Assembly: GCA_032128375.1 (NCBI GenBank)
Contig: JAQBGU010000181.1
Span: 1-64,000, forward strand
Direction: 5' to 3'
Source of the DNA: Deltaproteobacteria bacterium
GTDB taxonomy: Bacteria > Myxococcota_A > UBA9160 > SMWR01
DNA length: 64,000 nt
Below are positions 61,861 through 64,000 of this stretch, one piece after another (the first letter of the stretch is position 1; every line of letters starts with the position of its first letter). A program made the position numbers and the translations under genes. The notes beneath the pieces are model-generated. The model did no database searches. It was not told the DNA's origin and worked only from the letters and a program-made list of their open reading frames with translations.

Positions 61861-63342
61861 ATGCGTGCGGTACGTCGATCATCCAACCGGCAAGCGATCG
61901 CCCTGATATTATCACTTCTTGGTGTCGGAGTGTGCACATGGATGGGTGGGGCTCTGCAGTTCGCCTTGGGTGTGTCCAAAGAGGATGATCGCGTTTCAAT
62001 CATAGCCACGATTCCATCGACCGACTCACGGACTGCCACCGTGGTCACAAGCGCCGTGCCGCGCGAGACCGAAATCGCCGCAACCGAACTCGTCCCAACT
62101 GGCGAAGCCGCACCCGAAGAGGGAATCACCATTGCCCTTGCGGATCCCGACGTTGCAGCGGCTGGTTCCGCGACGCGAATTCCGTCCGACATTTCCGCTG
62201 ATCTGGCCAAGGACATCGCGACGGGCGGAACAACTGTCGGAAAATTGGGTACCGGTGAGACGCTGGCGGGTTCGCTGGCCTCGCGCGGTATCTCGCTGCG
62301 AGTGGTTGACCGCATTGCGCGCGAGATGCGCGGTTACTTCGACTTTCGACGCTCGCACCCCGGAGATTCGTACCAATTGATCCTGGATGGCGACGGTCAG
62401 ATCGAGTCGTTTCGCTATCGGATTACGGACCTGGTCCACTACGACTTGATCCGCGATCGAGACGGCAGGTACGAAGTCAACCGGACCGAAGCAGAACTCG
62501 AGCCGCATCAGACGATGATCGCCGGTATCGTTGCGACCAGTCTGTATGGCTCGATTACGGCTCTGGGCGCCAGCGCCCAGCTAGCCGACGATTTCACGGA
62601 TGTGTTCTCGTACGATGTCGACTTCTCGCGGATGGCTCGAATGGGCGACGAGTACCGCATCCTGTATGAGCGGCTGTACCGCACCGACGCCGCCGGCCAC
62701 GAGATCTTCGTCCGTCCGGGGCGCATTCTTGCGGCGCGATACTCTGGCGAAAGCGGCGAACACACCGCAGTCTATTACGAGTCCGAAGAAGGCGAAGGTG
62801 GCTACTACCGGCCCGACGGGAGTTCTGTCGAGCGCCAGTTTCTGATGGCTCCACTTCGGTACTCCAGAATCAGTTCCCGGTATTCATCCGCCCGTCGCCA
62901 TCCGATCCTCAAGATCACGCGGCCCCATCACGGCATCGACTACGCGGCACCGGCGGGGACCCCGGTGTTCGCAGTCTCTGGGGGCGAGGTGATTCACAAA
63001 TCTTGGGGCGGTGGTTTTGGAAACCTGGTGAAGATCCGACATCCCAGCGGCTACACATCGTACTACGCGCATCTGTCGCGCTTCTCGAGCGGATTGCGCG
63101 TGGGGCAGACCGTGAGCCAGAAACAGGTCATCGGCTATGTGGGCCAGACGGGGCTTGCGACCGGCCCGCACGTTTGCTTCCGAGTTGCCAAGGACGGCCG
63201 GTACGTGAACCCCGCGCAGATTTCGAGCCCAGCCGCGCCCCCGCTGCCGCCGGACGCCCATGACATGTTCCACCTCCGCAGCGACAAGCTGCTCGCAGCG
63301 CTGGATTCCGGGACGTTGGTCGCTGGCGACGAGGCTCTCTGA
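61861..63342 (+). CDS. M23-family peptidoglycan DD-endopeptidase (MepM/Csd3-like)
   Basis: N-terminal TM helix, R.HP......HHGIDYAAP.GTPV, YAHLS, IGYVG.TG.ATGPH; start uncertain. Confidence 0.9.
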   Translation: MRAVRRSSNRQAIALILSLLGVGVCTWMGGALQFALGVSKEDDRVSIIATIPSTDSRTATVVTSAVPRETEIAATELVPTGEAAPEEGITIALADPDVAAAGSATRIPSDISADLAKDIATGGTTVGKLGTGETLAGSLASRGISLRVVDRIAREMRGYFDFRRSHPGDSYQLILDGDGQIESFRYRITDLVHYDLIRDRDGRYEVNRTEAELEPHQTMIAGIVATSLYGSITALGASAQLADDFTDVFSYDVDFSRMARMGDEYRILYERLYRTDAAGHEIFVRPGRILAARYSGESGEHTAVYYESEEGEGGYYRPDGSSVERQFLMAPLRYSRISSRYSSARRHPILKITRPHHGIDYAAPAGTPVFAVSGGEVIHKSWGGGFGNLVKIRHPSGYTSYYAHLSRFSSGLRVGQTVSQKQVIGYVGQTGLATGPHVCFRVAKDGRYVNPAQISSPAAPPLPPDAHDMFHLRSDKLLAALDSGTLVAGDEAL

Positions 63343-63386
63343 CGACTGTTGGTGGTCGGTTCCGGTGGGCGCGGTAATGTGTCGAA

Positions 63387-63839
63387 ATGGCGAAGTCCCC
63401 CCCGTCCGCTGTCCGACCCGAGCTGGCTGATAGACTCGAACAGATCGGCCGCACTTTGGGAGCTCGCGAGAGCCGCCACGTCACTGATTTGCACGAGGCC
63501 CGCCTGCAGATCGGCGAGATTCGGCACCGGGTGCAGTTCGCGCTGAAGCGCTTTCACGCCGCCATGAGCGATGCTGGCGCGCCCCATTTGCGCATCGAGA
63601 TCAGCGAAATTCGGATCGACGAAAAACACCTTCGCGCGGTAGAGTTCGATGTCACGCGCGGCCGTCACAAGGCCATTGTCGTTGGGAAGAGCCGCGGCGA
63701 AATTACCCTCGTGGGACCGTTTCGCACCGGCAAGCCAGAAGGTCCGTGCAAGTCGATCCCGTTTGGTGCAAAAGATGAGCTCGACGCTGCGTTGGGAGAT
63801 TTCTTGACGTCGTTTGTCGAGGAGGCGGCGACGCCTTGA
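63387..63839 (+). CDS. Hypothetical protein
   Basis: 150 aa ORF with coding-like composition whose stop overlaps the next gene start. Confidence 0.6.
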   Translation: MAKSPPSAVRPELADRLEQIGRTLGARESRHVTDLHEARLQIGEIRHRVQFALKRFHAAMSDAGAPHLRIEISEIRIDEKHLRAVEFDVTRGRHKAIVVGKSRGEITLVGPFRTGKPEGPCKSIPFGAKDELDAALGDFLTSFVEEAATP

Positions 63840-64000
63840 ACCAGATTGCGAACGGAAGGCTTTCCGGTGTGCGGCGCGTACGGGTCGGAACGATGAATCC
63901 ACCGAAGCTCGAGGCCGTACGAGCGGCTTTCGCTGCCTTCGCGCCAGAAGTGGAAGTCGATGGGGTCGACGTCGATAGCGGCGTCCCAGAGCAGCCGGTC
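63836..64000 (+). CDS. Inosine/xanthosine triphosphatase YjjX-like (5' part, truncated by the window end)
   Basis: Manual translation [18 protein letters not shown]...[14 protein letters not shown] matches the DUF84/YjjX N-terminus. Confidence 0.8.
   Translation, partial: MNQIANGRLSGVRRVRVGTMNPPKLEAVRAAFAAFAPEVEVDGVDVDSGVPEQPV

Overview
GC-rich, gene-dense chromosomal segment of a bacterium that looks like Myxococcota/deltaproteobacteria. The evidence is Myxococcus-type parS sites TGTTCCACGTGGAACG, parA-parB-bactofilin, an atp operon lacking the a and c subunits, a delta-type BirA operator and several sigma-54 promoters. It is probably close to the replication origin. Most content is housekeeping: rsmG-parAB, F1Fo ATPase, bioBFD, radA, a BtuCDF-like ABC transporter, eno, tRNA-Ala, glnA, argH-dapFAB, DAHP synthase, PBP1B-lspA, malic enzyme and acyl-CoA carboxylase, tatBC, a ThyX-family protein and peptidases. 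I see no mobile element, prophage or CRISPR array. The best leads are four. (1) A coupled pair of a DHDPS/NAL-family aldolase and a PfkB kinase fused to a KdsD-like isomerase, which could be a KDO (or related ulosonate) catabolic or salvage route. (2) A sigma-54 / c-di-GMP module headed by a protein fusing a pseudo-receiver, a degenerate sigma-54 AAA+ domain and a His-retaining pseudo-kinase. (3) More than a dozen short, progressively drifting tandem-repeat arrays, many starting exactly at a stop codon. (4) Two internally deleted gene relics that the ORF track shows only as fragments. All family assignments come from motif recognition by eye; no database searches were run.
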